Assembly: GCA_964367375.1 (NCBI GenBank)
Contig: CAYIXG010000001.1
Coordinates: forward strand, 148,254 to 212,253
Length of the DNA: 64,000 nt
Source: Candidatus Woesearchaeota archaeon
GTDB taxonomy: Archaea > Nanobdellota > Nanobdellia > SCGC-AAA011-G17 > UBA489
Reading direction: 5' to 3'
Shown: positions 28,761 through 39,295 of the stretch, piece by piece
How the letters are laid out: each line of letters begins with the position of its first letter
Numbering within the stretch: position 1 is the stretch's first letter
Translations under genes and position numbers: made by a program
The notes under the pieces: generated by a model
Database searches by the model: none
Told to the model about the DNA's origin: nothing
What the model saw: only the letters and a program-made list of their open reading frames with translations

Positions 28761-29747
28761 ATGATGACTGAGAGCAATGTTATAGAAATAAATCATCTGA
28801 CAAAAGAATTTGTGTTAAAGATAAAGAAGCCTGGATTTCTGAATGGGATTAAATCGATCGTTCGTGCAGAGAAAAAGAAAGTAAAGGCAGTAAATGCAAT
28901 TTCGTTCACAGTGAAGAAGGGGGAAATTATTGGGTTTATTGGCCCTAACGGTGCGGGAAAATCAACAACAATTAAGATGATGACGGGAATTCTTTTTCCG
29001 ACAAAAGGAAGTATATCTGTGCTTGGCTATAATCCTCAGGAGCAAAGAAAGGAATTAGCATATCATATTGGAACAGTATTTGGACAAAAACCACAGTTGT
29101 GGCAGCACTTGCCTCCGATTGACACGTTTTATTTGTTTGCGCAGATCTACGAGGTGGACAAGGCTGATTTTGAGAGGAGATTGCATAAGCTGATAGAGCT
29201 GTTTGATATTCAAGATTTTTTATATACGCCTGTGCGCAAGCTTTCATTAGGGCAAAGGATGAGGTGCGAGATCGTTGCTGCTCTCTTGCATAATCCTGAA
29301 GTTATTTTTCTTGATGAACCAACCATTGGTCTTGACATTATTGCAAAAAAAAAGATCAGAGAGCTTCTCAAAAAACTCAATGAGGAAGAAGGCACAACTA
29401 TTATTCTTACTTCTCACGACATGGAAGATATAGAAAAAATCTGTAAGCGAATCATTATCATCAATAAAGGATGTATTGTTTTTGACGGCTCTATTGAAAA
29501 GGTCAAGAGGCTCATGAAGAATAAGATTGTCTCGCTGTATTTTAATGATAAAATTGCAGACATCATAATTCCAAAAGGAGTAAAGGTTATTGAAAAGAGT
29601 GTGTTTAAGGTGGCTCTTGAAGTAGATACGTCAAAGGTGAGTATCACTAAATTGCTGAATTTCTTCTTCACAAAATATGAAATTGCAGATATTGTCATAA
29701 AAGAGATTCCTATTGAGGAAATTATTGAAGATATATACAAAAGATGA
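28761..29747 (+). CDS. ABC transporter ATP-binding protein (ABC-2 type)
   Basis: Walker A GPNGAGKSTT, signature LSLGQRMR, Walker B IIFLDEPTIGLD. Confidence 0.8.
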   Translation: MMTESNVIEINHLTKEFVLKIKKPGFLNGIKSIVRAEKKKVKAVNAISFTVKKGEIIGFIGPNGAGKSTTIKMMTGILFPTKGSISVLGYNPQEQRKELAYHIGTVFGQKPQLWQHLPPIDTFYLFAQIYEVDKADFERRLHKLIELFDIQDFLYTPVRKLSLGQRMRCEIVAALLHNPEVIFLDEPTIGLDIIAKKKIRELLKKLNEEEGTTIILTSHDMEDIEKICKRIIIINKGCIVFDGSIEKVKRLMKNKIVSLYFNDKIADIIIPKGVKVIEKSVFKVALEVDTSKVSITKLLNFFFTKYEIADIVIKEIPIEEIIEDIYKR

Positions 29748-30553
29748 TACAGAAAAAATTGTGGTTATCTAAATACTGGTGGATCTTTAAGCTAGATTGG
29801 AAGCAAAGTGTCCATTATTTTTCTGACTATCTCCTTTCAGCGCTCTTTATTGCGATCATTTTGTTCATATTTACTCATTTATGGCAGACGATTTTTGCAG
29901 GGAATAGAAGTGTTGAAGGTCTCACAATCACCCAACTTATTTGGTATTTGACGTTAACAGAGTCAATTGCATTAAGTATTGGGTGGCGGTCAATGTTTGA
30001 TAATGTTGCTGATGACATAAAATCTGGGTCTATTGCAAATTATCTGACCAAGCCTCTTTCGTACATGGGATGGTATTTTAGCAGTAATTTGAGTAAATTC
30101 TTTAATTACTTTGCAACATTCATCGTAATTGGAGGTATTGTGACCTATGCTCTTGTTGGTCCATTGCACTTTTCCTTGCTTAATTTATTACCATTAGTAT
30201 TTCTCTTGATTCTCTCATTTATCTTGAGTTTTTTTGTGGGTATGGCCTTTGTATCATTAGCCTTCTGGTTTGAGGATGTAACAGCTTTTTATTGGATATT
30301 ACAAAAAGCGCTCTTTATTCTTGGGGGAATGCTTGTTCCTATAGATGTGTATCCTGAATTCGTGCAGCAATATTTGTATTATTTGCCAGTGAGTTTTATT
30401 ACATATTGGCCGGCAAAATATTTTGTTACTGGAAGTGCTGATATATTATATACTGCAGTTCTTGGTCAAGTGATATGGGGTGTCATATTTTTTGGAATTG
30501 CAGTTTCTATTTACAAAATAGGCATACGAAAGGTGAATATTCATGGTGGTTAA
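29744..30553 (+). CDS. ABC-2 family transporter permease
   Basis: Six TM helices. Translationally coupled to the upstream ATPase. Confidence 0.55.
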   Translation: MIQKKLWLSKYWWIFKLDWKQSVHYFSDYLLSALFIAIILFIFTHLWQTIFAGNRSVEGLTITQLIWYLTLTESIALSIGWRSMFDNVADDIKSGSIANYLTKPLSYMGWYFSSNLSKFFNYFATFIVIGGIVTYALVGPLHFSLLNLLPLVFLLILSFILSFFVGMAFVSLAFWFEDVTAFYWILQKALFILGGMLVPIDVYPEFVQQYLYYLPVSFITYWPAKYFVTGSADILYTAVLGQVIWGVIFFGIAVSIYKIGIRKVNIHGG

Positions 30554-31349
30554 TACAAAGAGAAAGAACACATTCCTAGCGCACCTAGGTTTATTTCTTG
30601 AAAACACGAAGTTATCACTTCTTTCTGCGATGGAATACAAGTTTAATTTTATAATGCAGACAGTAGGGATGTTTGTGAATGATATATTCTGGCTGTTATT
30701 GTGGTGGTTGTTGTTTACTCGCTTTGAAGCGATTAATGATTGGGTGTTTAAGGACATGCTTGTATTATATTCTATAGCAACTGTTTCTTTTGGAGTATCA
30801 ACTGCATTCTTTTACGGAGCAAGAAGATTGTATAAAACAATTGCTGAGGGAAGATTAGACTATTATTTGGCATTGCCAAAAAATGTTCTCTTTCACTCAT
30901 CATTAAGAACGAGTTATTCTGCATGTGGAGATATCTTATTTGGCCTTATGCTTGTGCCATTCAGCATCAGTCTTTCGCAAGTGCCGTTGTATGTGTATTT
31001 TGTGATATGTGGAAGTGTGTTATTCACTGCTATAACAATTATTTTTAATTCGCTAGCATTTTATATAGGAAATGCCGAGCGTGCGCGGCAAACAGGGGAC
31101 GAAGCGTTCATGAGTTTTGCGATGTATCCCTTCTCTGCATTTGGAGGGGCAACGAAGTTTTTCTTGTTAACGATTTTTCCTGCAGGGTTTGTGACAGGAA
31201 TTCCTGTTGAGGTGATGAGAGAATTTAATTGGATGTGGTTTTCGTTGACAGGAATAGTGGCATTTCTATTCTTAGGAATTGCGATTGTGCTGTTCTATAA
31301 AGGATTAAAGAGGTATGAATCAGGCAATTTGATGTATGCTAAGGATTGA
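30543..31349 (+). CDS. ABC-2 family transporter permease (second subunit)
   Basis: Six TM helices. Overlaps the preceding permease gene. Confidence 0.55.
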   Translation: MVVNTKRKNTFLAHLGLFLENTKLSLLSAMEYKFNFIMQTVGMFVNDIFWLLLWWLLFTRFEAINDWVFKDMLVLYSIATVSFGVSTAFFYGARRLYKTIAEGRLDYYLALPKNVLFHSSLRTSYSACGDILFGLMLVPFSISLSQVPLYVYFVICGSVLFTAITIIFNSLAFYIGNAERARQTGDEAFMSFAMYPFSAFGGATKFFLLTIFPAGFVTGIPVEVMREFNWMWFSLTGIVAFLFLGIAIVLFYKGLKRYESGNLMYAKD

Positions 31350-31387
31350 ACAGATGCCTATCAAGAAGTTTAATAGAATAAGAGAGT

Positions 31388-32038
31388 TTATTTCTTGAAC
31401 AAGAAGTGTTTGAGTTTTTTGATGCCTTGTTCAATGCCTTGTTCTGCGTTCGCAGTTGCTTTCGTCACATTTTTTCCATATTTAGAAAGAGGAAGAAAAC
31501 TAACGTCTCGCCTTTTTTCGCCATATCTGTTAAAATAAGTGACAAGGTCAAAACTTTTTCTCGGAATTTCCTTGTCAAGGATGTCAGGATACCCGAGGGT
31601 AAGGATCATCTCTGGAATGATAGTGTCAGGAATGTATAAAAGTCTCTGAATGGCGCGTTCGTCAAAGCTCCCGATCCAGCAGGTTGCGAGGCCGAGTGAT
31701 TCTGCTTTGAGCATCATGTGTCCTGCGGCAATGGCGCAGCTTTGGGTTGCGTACATTTTTCCTCTGGTGGAGAAGCGTTTGGTAACCTTATCTTGGTCGT
31801 TGCATATGACGATAAGAATGGGTGCTTGTGCCATCCAGATTTGGTTGAGGCAGATGTTTGCAATTTCTTTCTTTAATGCTTCGTTATCCACAATAACAAA
31901 GAACCAGTTTTGCAGGTTTCCTGCGGATGGCGCGTGAGTGGCTGCATCAATGATTTCGCCAACAGCATCCCACTGCACTTTTTTGTTTTTGTATGTTCTG
32001 CAGCTGCGTCTATCGGTGATGCATGCATCAATGTCCAT
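31388..32038 (-). CDS. nitroreductase-family flavoprotein
   Basis: RRSCRTY…PSAGNLQNW motifs of the nitroreductase fold. Confidence 0.7.
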   Translation of the reverse strand: MDIDACITDRRSCRTYKNKKVQWDAVGEIIDAATHAPSAGNLQNWFFVIVDNEALKKEIANICLNQIWMAQAPILIVICNDQDKVTKRFSTRGKMYATQSCAIAAGHMMLKAESLGLATCWIGSFDERAIQRLLYIPDTIIPEMILTLGYPDILDKEIPRKSFDLVTYFNRYGEKRRDVSFLPLSKYGKNVTKATANAEQGIEQGIKKLKHFLFKK

Positions 32039-32091
32039 GCAGAAAAAGAGGAAAAGCAGCTATATATTGTTTTCGATGAAAATAAAGAGCA

Positions 32092-33174
32092 TCATTTTCG
32101 TTTGACTCTGCCAACATCAGCATCGTGTTCGCCCTTCTCATTTTCAAACACTGTAACAAAATAGATCCATGTTCCATCTGCTGGTAATGTTGCTTCTCCT
32201 ATTCCCCAGACGCCGTAGCCAGGACTTTTTGGTGGTCCAATAACCTTTGTTGGTTCAGTCCACGAGTTTTTGCCGGTGCGTGTGCTTTTCCAGACAGACA
32301 AAGTGCTGTCGCGTGCAGAAGTGAAATAGAGTGTGCCTTCTGTAGTGAGAAACGGCTGGTTGTCTGCAGGGAACTGAAGAGGTGGTGCGAGTGCTTCAGG
32401 TTCTGTCCATGCTCCATCAACATATCGTGTAACCCAGAGGCCGCCTCGCGAGGTGGGATCGCCTTTTTCGTCATCGAGGCTGTCAAAAAACAATTCCTTT
32501 CCGTACGCAGTTTCGATGGAGTGGGGGTTGTCTTCTTTGTATTGGTCAGCTCCAGGAATGGGGAGTCGTTCTCCATTCTTGTAAAGATCCATGTTATCTT
32601 GGGTGTGGGAAACAGAGTACCAATCGCCATTGGCTGCTTGCATCAGCCCCCATTCGTTCTCTCCATCTTTGGAGTATGTGAATTTCTCGACGTTGCAGAA
32701 TGTATCTCCTATTTTTTGTGCATGAAAGGAGTCGCTTGTGTAAAGAGGAGTAACTCCTCGAGATGGTCCGCGATGATATGTGGAGAATTGTCTAGGGTCG
32801 CCACCAAGTCCTCCTTGGTCTACAGGAGTATAATACTTGAGAATTCCTGCAATGTTCAACAAATCTCCGCGGAGGTAGAAGAAGGAGAGTGTTTCTCCAT
32901 CTGCAGAAATATATGCACTATCTTCCCAGCCAATGGTATTCACATCTCCTTCAATAAGCTCGGGGTTTTCCCATTCGTCAGCAACGTAAATGTTTGGGAA
33001 GGTTTCTTGTTTTACCTGTTTCCAAGCAGCGACAGTTGCAGGGTCATCTTCTGCATCAATAGATGTATTGCATGCAGTAATATCTCTGCGTTCTTCAGGA
33101 GCATTGTCTGGTGTGCTGGAATTGCATCCGCTGAGGAAAAGAAGGATAAAAAAGAGTCCAATAAAATATTTCAT
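32092..33174 (-). CDS. predicted lipoprotein with BNR/sialidase-like repeats
   Basis: Lipobox-like LFLSGCNSS. Repeated S/T-x-D/T-G-x-x-W motifs (YSKDGENEWG, TRTGKNSWTEP, VDGAWTEP). Confidence 0.4.
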   Translation of the reverse strand: MKYFIGLFFILLFLSGCNSSTPDNAPEERRDITACNTSIDAEDDPATVAAWKQVKQETFPNIYVADEWENPELIEGDVNTIGWEDSAYISADGETLSFFYLRGDLLNIAGILKYYTPVDQGGLGGDPRQFSTYHRGPSRGVTPLYTSDSFHAQKIGDTFCNVEKFTYSKDGENEWGLMQAANGDWYSVSHTQDNMDLYKNGERLPIPGADQYKEDNPHSIETAYGKELFFDSLDDEKGDPTSRGGLWVTRYVDGAWTEPEALAPPLQFPADNQPFLTTEGTLYFTSARDSTLSVWKSTRTGKNSWTEPTKVIGPPKSPGYGVWGIGEATLPADGTWIYFVTVFENEKGEHDADVGRVKRK

Positions 33175-33263
33175 CAGAGTAAATTTGTTGTCGTATTTTT
33201 AAAACTTTCTTGAGAAAAAACAGAGAATATTTAAAGAGAAGGCATTTCCTCTTCTTTTTGAGA

Positions 33264-34202
33264 ATGAAGATCAATCACGTGATTTCTACAGCGCAGTTTC
33301 TGGAGAGAGATGTGTTGCAAGAGCTGTTCCATCAGGCAGATGAGATGGAAATGCGTGATAAGAAAAAGAGTCTTCCAGAGCTGTTTAAGGGGAAGGTAAT
33401 GACTTGTGTTTTTTATGAGCCAAGTACAAGAACGAGATTTTCATTTGAGGCCGCAATGCAGAAGTTGGGAGGAAAAGTGATTACGACAGAAAGCGCTGGC
33501 CAATTTTCTTCAGCAACAAAAGGAGAGTCTCTGCAGGATACAATAAAGATCATGGGTGGGTATGCGGATGTGATTGTATTGCGTCATTCAGAGCAGGGTT
33601 CCGCTGCAATTGCGGCAGAAGTGTCTACTGTTCCTGTGATTAACGCAGGTGATGGTCCAGGAGAACATCCAACGCAAGCGTTGCTCGATTTGTACACAAT
33701 TCAAAAGGAGTGCAAAAAGATTGATGGAATAACGATTGCAATGGTGGGTGATTTGGTGCATGGAAGAACGATTCATTCTCTCGTGAAGCTCATTGCAATA
33801 TATAGAGATATCAAGATTTATTTCGTTGCTCCGGAGCAATTGAGATTGCCTGAAGAGTATAAAAGATATCTCAGAGAAAAGAATGTTTCCTTTGAGGAAG
33901 TTTCGAATTTGAAAGAGGTTGTAAAGAAAGTAGATGTATTGTACATGACAAGGGTGCAGAAGGAGCGGTTTACGAGTATCGAAGAGTATAACCAAGTAAA
34001 GGATGAATATATTATTAATAAGGACATTGTTAGTGTGTTGAAAAAAACTGCCATGATCATGCATCCATTGCCTCGAGTGAATGAGATTGATCCAGAAATA
34101 GATAGTGACCCGAGAGCCGCGTATTTCCGGCAGGCAAAGAATGGATTGTACATTCGCATGGCTCTCTTGCAGATGATCTTCAAAGGGAAGGAAGAGCAAT
34201 GA
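33264..34202 (+). CDS. pyrB: aspartate carbamoyltransferase catalytic subunit
   Basis: STRTRFSFE, HPLP, and carbamoyl-phosphate/aspartate binding motifs. The ORF extends to 33210, but MKINHVIS is the more typical start. Confidence 0.85.
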   Translation: MKINHVISTAQFLERDVLQELFHQADEMEMRDKKKSLPELFKGKVMTCVFYEPSTRTRFSFEAAMQKLGGKVITTESAGQFSSATKGESLQDTIKIMGGYADVIVLRHSEQGSAAIAAEVSTVPVINAGDGPGEHPTQALLDLYTIQKECKKIDGITIAMVGDLVHGRTIHSLVKLIAIYRDIKIYFVAPEQLRLPEEYKRYLREKNVSFEEVSNLKEVVKKVDVLYMTRVQKERFTSIEEYNQVKDEYIINKDIVSVLKKTAMIMHPLPRVNEIDPEIDSDPRAAYFRQAKNGLYIRMALLQMIFKGKEEQ

Positions 34203-34666
34203 TTGATGTTGACACAAAAGCACCTGAATTTGAATTGGAAAGTGATCAAAGAACAACAGTGAGTTTGAAAGAATTGAAAGGAAAAAAAGTGGTCTTGTAT
34301 TTTTATCCAAAAGATAGCACGCCAGGCTGCACGATAGAGGCTGTTGATTTTTCAGCTTACACATAGGAGTTACGTAAGCTCAATACCATTGTTATAGGAG
34401 TGAGTAAGGATTCTATTAATGCGCATCGCAAGTTTAGGGAGTCTCAAAAACTGACCATCACGCTGCTCTCTGATCCTGATGCGAAGGTGCAGAAAGTATA
34501 TGGTGTGTGGAGAAAGAAGAAGTTCATGGGAAAGGAGTTTCTTGGCACAGTACGAAGCACGTTCTTGATTGATGAGCAAGGAATGGTTGTAAAGGTGTGG
34601 GATGCAGTAAAAGCAGAGGGCCATGCAGCAGAAGTGCTCAAAGAAGTGCGGAAAAGGAACCTTTAA
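34199..34666 (+). pseudogene. bcp: Bcp-type peroxiredoxin interrupted by one in-frame TAG (34364-34366)
   Basis: ATG overlaps the pyrB stop (ATGA). FYPKDSTPGCTIEA is the peroxidatic Cys motif. The downstream ORF 34400..34666 is in the same frame and completes a 155-aa Bcp (VIGVSKDSINAHRKF…TFLIDEQG). Confidence 0.55.
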
Positions 34667-34679
34667 TAAGTTCTGCTGA

Positions 34680-36368
34680 TTGAAAGAGTGCATGGAGTAC
34701 AAGGCGTTAGTTGCTGTGTATCTTAATCTGGAAAAGACAACAAAGCGGTTGGAAAAAACTGCCATCATCGCTGAGTTCTTGAAGAAAGTGGCAGCGGGGG
34801 ATCTGCCAATGATTATTCAATTAGTAGAAGGTCGCGTATTTCCAGAGAATGAAGATCAGAAAATAGGGTTTAGTTCTCGGTTGATATTAAAGGCGATTGC
34901 CAGTTCTTCTGGTGTCGATGAAGAAAAAGTGGAGAATGTCTGGAGTAAAGTTGGTGATCTGGGAACTGTTGCAGAGCAATTGCTTGAAAAAAGAGTGCAG
35001 ATGACTTTATTGCAAAGGAAAGTGTCTGTGGAGAAAGTGTATAAAAATATAAGGAATCTTGCAGAGTTGGAGGGTGCAGGGACAGTGTCGAGAAAGGTGG
35101 CTCTTGTTGCAGAGCTTCTGACATCTTCGTCTCCGATAGAAGCTCGCTTTATTGTGCGAACGATTCTGGAAACGTTGCGCATTGGTACTGCTGCAGGAAT
35201 TATTCGGGATGCGATTGCGTCTGCATTTGAGAAAGATGTGAATGAAGTAGAAGCAGCGTTTGATGTAATTGTGGATTATGGAGAAGTGGCGCAACGAGCG
35301 AAGAACAATAAGTTGCATACCATTACATTAAATCCAGGAAAACCGATGAAAGTCATGCTTGCATTGCTCGTAAAGGATGTTGCAGATGCATTTATTGCAG
35401 TGGGAAAGCCAGCCTTATTTGAGTATAAGCTTGATGGGTTTCGCCTACAGATTCATAAGAGTAAAGAAAAAATAATGTTGTTCACGAGGCGGATGGAGAA
35501 TGTGACGAAGCAGTTTCCTGATGTGGTTGCAGTGGTAAAGAAGCAAGTGAAAGGGTCTTCGTTTATTATTGATTGCGAAGCAGTAGGTATTGACATGAAG
35601 ACTGGTCGTCATTTGCCTTTTCAGATGGTATCGCAGCGCATTAAGAGGAAGTATACCATTGAAGAAATGGCAAGGAAGTTTCCTGTGGAGCTGAACGTGT
35701 TTGATGTTATGTATTATAATGAAAAGAGTTTGTTGCACACATCTCAGGCAGAGCGAAGAAAACTTTTAGAAACAATTGTTCTTCCGCAAAAGTGTAAGGT
35801 GAAGGTGACCACAAAAATGGTGACTGCAAATGTAAAGGATGCGGAAACATTTTACAAAAAATCTTTGGAAAAAGGAAACGAGGGTCTTATTGGGAAAAAT
35901 CTTGCTGCAGTGTATCGTCCAGGAAGGTATGTGGAGGGGTGGGTGAAGTTGAAGCCGACATTAGAACCATTAGATGTAGTCATTGTGAAGGCAGAGTATG
36001 GTGAGGGAAAGCGAGCAACGTGGCTAAGTTCATTTACAATTGCATGCGCAAGCAATGGTGATCTTCTAGAGATAGGAAAAGTATCTACTGGTTTAAAAGA
36101 GAAGGAAGACGCGGGAGTTTCTTTTAAGGAAATGACGTCTTTGTTAAAGCCGTTAATCATAAGCAAAAAGGGAAAAGGAGTTGAGGTGAAACCGAAGGTC
36201 GTGATTGAAGTGGGGTATGAGGAAATTCAAAAAAGTCCGACATACACATCAGGATATGCCTTGCGTTTCCCGCGCGTGCTAAGGTTGCGTGAGGATAAGT
36301 CAGTGAAAGAGATATCTAATTTGGAAATGGTGGAATCGATTTACCATTCACAAAAGGGGAAGAAATAG
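34680..36368 (+). CDS. lig: ATP-dependent DNA ligase
   Basis: Adenylation motif I KLDGFR (EYKLDGFRLQIHK). 562 aa. Confidence 0.85.
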   Translation: MKECMEYKALVAVYLNLEKTTKRLEKTAIIAEFLKKVAAGDLPMIIQLVEGRVFPENEDQKIGFSSRLILKAIASSSGVDEEKVENVWSKVGDLGTVAEQLLEKRVQMTLLQRKVSVEKVYKNIRNLAELEGAGTVSRKVALVAELLTSSSPIEARFIVRTILETLRIGTAAGIIRDAIASAFEKDVNEVEAAFDVIVDYGEVAQRAKNNKLHTITLNPGKPMKVMLALLVKDVADAFIAVGKPALFEYKLDGFRLQIHKSKEKIMLFTRRMENVTKQFPDVVAVVKKQVKGSSFIIDCEAVGIDMKTGRHLPFQMVSQRIKRKYTIEEMARKFPVELNVFDVMYYNEKSLLHTSQAERRKLLETIVLPQKCKVKVTTKMVTANVKDAETFYKKSLEKGNEGLIGKNLAAVYRPGRYVEGWVKLKPTLEPLDVVIVKAEYGEGKRATWLSSFTIACASNGDLLEIGKVSTGLKEKEDAGVSFKEMTSLLKPLIISKKGKGVEVKPKVVIEVGYEEIQKSPTYTSGYALRFPRVLRLREDKSVKEISNLEMVESIYHSQKGKK

Positions 36369-36499
36369 CAGTTACTCATAAAAGAAGAATGTATATAATG
36401 ACTGAATGATAACAATGTTTATATAGGAGTTGTTGATAGTATTAACTCATAGTAAAAAAATGCATATTGTAGTTCAGAAGAGGTGAAGGAAGCAAAAAA

Positions 36500-37336
36500 G
36501 TGGGTGAAAGGGAGGCGCGTGGCATGATTGTGAAAGAAGAGTTTTTGAATAAGCTCAGAAATTTGTTTAGTCTTAATCTGTATGAAGTCAGGATCTGGAC
36601 GTCGTTGTTGTCTCGCGGTGTTTCAACTGCAGGTGAATTGTCTGATATCGGGAATGTGCCTCGCTCTCGTGCGTATGATGTTCTTGAATCGTTAGAGAAG
36701 AAGGGCTTCGTGATTATGAAGCTCGGAAAGCCCATTAAGTACATTGCAGTTGAGCCGAAAGAAGTGGTAGAGCGGGTGAAGAAATATGTCAGCACAAATA
36801 CAAATGAACGCTTGAAGAAGTTGGAGAACTTGAAGGGGAGTGATGTGCTTGCTGAGCTGAATCAGCTGCATAAAGATGGCGTCGAATTTATTGAGCCGTC
36901 TGATCTTTCTGGTGCAATTCGGGGCAGGCATAATATTTACACGCACTTGGAGATGATGATTAAGAACGCACAGAAGTCTGTTGTCTTGGTGACAACATCA
37001 AAGGGTGTGATGCGGAAGATTGAGGCGTTAAAGCCAGAGCTGGAGCGCTTGAAGAAGAAGGGTGTTTCGATTCGAATTGCAGCGCCATTGACAAAGGAGA
37101 GCACGTCATTAGTTGCTGATGTGACCAAGTTTGCGCAGATTAAGCATGCAAATAAGCTTGATGCGCGCTTTTGCATTGTGGATGGAAAAGAGTTGATGTT
37201 TATGGTGTTAAATGATGAAGAAGTGCACCCGACGTATGATGTGGGTGTCTGGGTGAAAACACCCTATTTTGCCACAGCAATGGAAGAGATGTTTAATTTT
37301 TCGTGGAAAAACATGAGTGATGCAGCCTCGGATTAG
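36500..37336 (+). CDS. TrmB-family transcriptional regulator (full length with C-terminal effector domain)
   Basis: N-terminal wHTH LNLYEVRIWTSLLSRGVSTAGELSDIGNVPRSRAYDVLESLEKKGFV. Confidence 0.65.
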   Translation: MGEREARGMIVKEEFLNKLRNLFSLNLYEVRIWTSLLSRGVSTAGELSDIGNVPRSRAYDVLESLEKKGFVIMKLGKPIKYIAVEPKEVVERVKKYVSTNTNERLKKLENLKGSDVLAELNQLHKDGVEFIEPSDLSGAIRGRHNIYTHLEMMIKNAQKSVVLVTTSKGVMRKIEALKPELERLKKKGVSIRIAAPLTKESTSLVADVTKFAQIKHANKLDARFCIVDGKELMFMVLNDEEVHPTYDVGVWVKTPYFATAMEEMFNFSWKNMSDAASD

Positions 37337-37425
37337 ATATTTCTCTTTGGTATACTGTTAAGTGTTTGTGACGAGGAAGCCAGGGGAGAAGAAGATTTAT
37401 ATAAATTGAGGGTGTCTGAAAAGGT

Positions 37426-39240
37426 ATGGGAAAGAGAGGGAAACGATATGAATTAGTAGTGGTTGTGCTTCTGATAGGTCTTTTTGCAGTTTTTTTGCGG
37501 GAAACAAGTCTTCCTTCGCCGACAGGATATCAAACACTTCCCACACAGCCCGGTCAGCCATTGCCTCGTATTGCAGCGGCGACGTTAGCAAGTGCGGGTA
37601 TATCAGCAAATCCGGTGTTGTCTCGTGACTCTTCCTCTGGAGATTTGACATGTACATTGCCTCTTCCTTCATCAGTTGCGCAAAGTCCGAATCTTGATAT
37701 GACATACAATTTTGTGAAGAATGGGCAGTCAACAACGAGGCTGATTCTTGATTTTAATGCGCAGGTGTTAGCAGGATTATCGACAACAACAACTGTGGTT
37801 ACACCAACGTTTTATGACAATTCAGGGTATCAGAATGATGTGTATAATGCGCAGGCGATGCCTGTTGATAGCTCGGGAGAATTTGGGTGGGCAGTCACGT
37901 TTAATGGGCAAACAGTATACATGGGAATTCCGCATTCGAGCTCGCTGAATCTTGGTGGTGAGTACACTATTGAGTTGTTTGCGCAGCCGCAAGCGCGGGT
38001 GCCTGCGGGAGCAGGAGGAGAGAACTGGAAAACGTTGCTTGCAAAGACGCAGCTCGCGCCAGGGGATCCAAACCAAGGGTTTTTCTTGCGGACAGGGACA
38101 AGTGTTCCTATCACAACACTTCCAGGGGTAAATTCAAGTAATGATGAGCTTGAGTTTGGGTATTATGATGGGAATGAATGGCATATTCTAGTGACAAACA
38201 ATGTCAATCTTCAGAATGGGTATATCTATTACATTGTTGTGGTGAAGCGTCAGAATGAAATGGTGAAAATATTTGTGAATGGGGTGCAAGCAGCAACATC
38301 ATGTGAGATTGGAAACTGTGTGGACACGATGACGGATACGAATGCAGGGTTGGCGATTGGTGCAGATCCAAGAAACTTGGGCTTGCTGACAGGGCAAAAT
38401 TATTTCCAGTATGCTGGTGGTGTTGAGGAGGTGAGGATGTGGAACAGGGCGTTGTCTCCTGAGCAAATCACAAAAGTTAAGCAGACATATTCGTATAAGG
38501 TGATGGTGGGTGAAGAAACGTTGCCGGGTGAGACGTGGAAGTGTCAGGTTATTTTGAGTTATAATGAGGCGGTGAATGGAACGAGGACCGTGTCTTTAGA
38601 GGCGTATCCCTTGCAGTCAAATGAGATTGTGATTCCTTCTTCAAGTCCGGGAAGCAGTGGAAGTGGTGGAAGCGGGATCAGCACCTTTGAGTTTAATGTT
38701 GCAACAACTGCATCTCGAGTATTTGTGATGGAGGAAGATGACAAGATTAATGTGCGTGGCGTTTCTTCTCGGGTGTATCGCTTGAAGTTGACAGATATTG
38801 ATTCAAGTGACATTGAGTTTATGATCTTCCCGGGTGATGAGGAGTTTGCAGTTGATGAGGAGAGCAGCATCAATCTTGATTTGAATGATGATGGTGATGA
38901 TGATATTACTCTTGAGTATCAGGATGAGCTGTCAAACTCTCGGGTGAGGGTGAAGCTGATAAGAATTTCTGCTGCGCCACCAATAACGCAGACGCCTTCT
39001 CCCGCTCCTCCGCAGCAGACGAAGCAGACAAAGAAGCAGCCTCCTGCGCCTCCGCAGCCAGTTCCTCAGCCTCCGGTGGTGACGCGAACAGTGGTGGAAG
39101 AGGAAGACACGACGCTGTATAAGGTGGTCTTGTTCATGTTGAGTGTGGGGATTCTTGTTCTTGTTATTATTGGGATAATGCTGGGGAAGAGATATGCGAG
39201 AAAGTCACGATATACAAATCCGATCATTGGAAGAAAGTAA
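37426..39240 (+). CDS. cell-surface protein with LamG/concanavalin-like domain, Pro-rich stalk and C-terminal TM anchor
   Basis: N-terminal signal/TM. VEEVRMWNRALSPEQI is the hallmark Laminin_G_3 motif. PAPPQQTKQTKKQPPAPPQPVPQPP linker, then a C-terminal hydrophobic helix plus basic tail. Confidence 0.55.
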   Translation: MGKRGKRYELVVVVLLIGLFAVFLRETSLPSPTGYQTLPTQPGQPLPRIAAATLASAGISANPVLSRDSSSGDLTCTLPLPSSVAQSPNLDMTYNFVKNGQSTTRLILDFNAQVLAGLSTTTTVVTPTFYDNSGYQNDVYNAQAMPVDSSGEFGWAVTFNGQTVYMGIPHSSSLNLGGEYTIELFAQPQARVPAGAGGENWKTLLAKTQLAPGDPNQGFFLRTGTSVPITTLPGVNSSNDELEFGYYDGNEWHILVTNNVNLQNGYIYYIVVVKRQNEMVKIFVNGVQAATSCEIGNCVDTMTDTNAGLAIGADPRNLGLLTGQNYFQYAGGVEEVRMWNRALSPEQITKVKQTYSYKVMVGEETLPGETWKCQVILSYNEAVNGTRTVSLEAYPLQSNEIVIPSSSPGSSGSGGSGISTFEFNVATTASRVFVMEEDDKINVRGVSSRVYRLKLTDIDSSDIEFMIFPGDEEFAVDEESSINLDLNDDGDDDITLEYQDELSNSRVRVKLIRISAAPPITQTPSPAPPQQTKQTKKQPPAPPQPVPQPPVVTRTVVEEEDTTLYKVVLFMLSVGILVLVIIGIMLGKRYARKSRYTNPIIGRK

Positions 39241-39295
39241 GGTTTCTGAGGGAAAGGAATAATATTTATATAGAGTGTTCCAGTGTGGATGAGAT

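Noticed and set aside
34364-34366. TAG as a recoded sense codon (pyrrolysine or alternative genetic code)
   Set aside because: TAG terminates several clearly complete genes in the window (for example 725-727 and 36366-36368). No Pyl machinery was seen.
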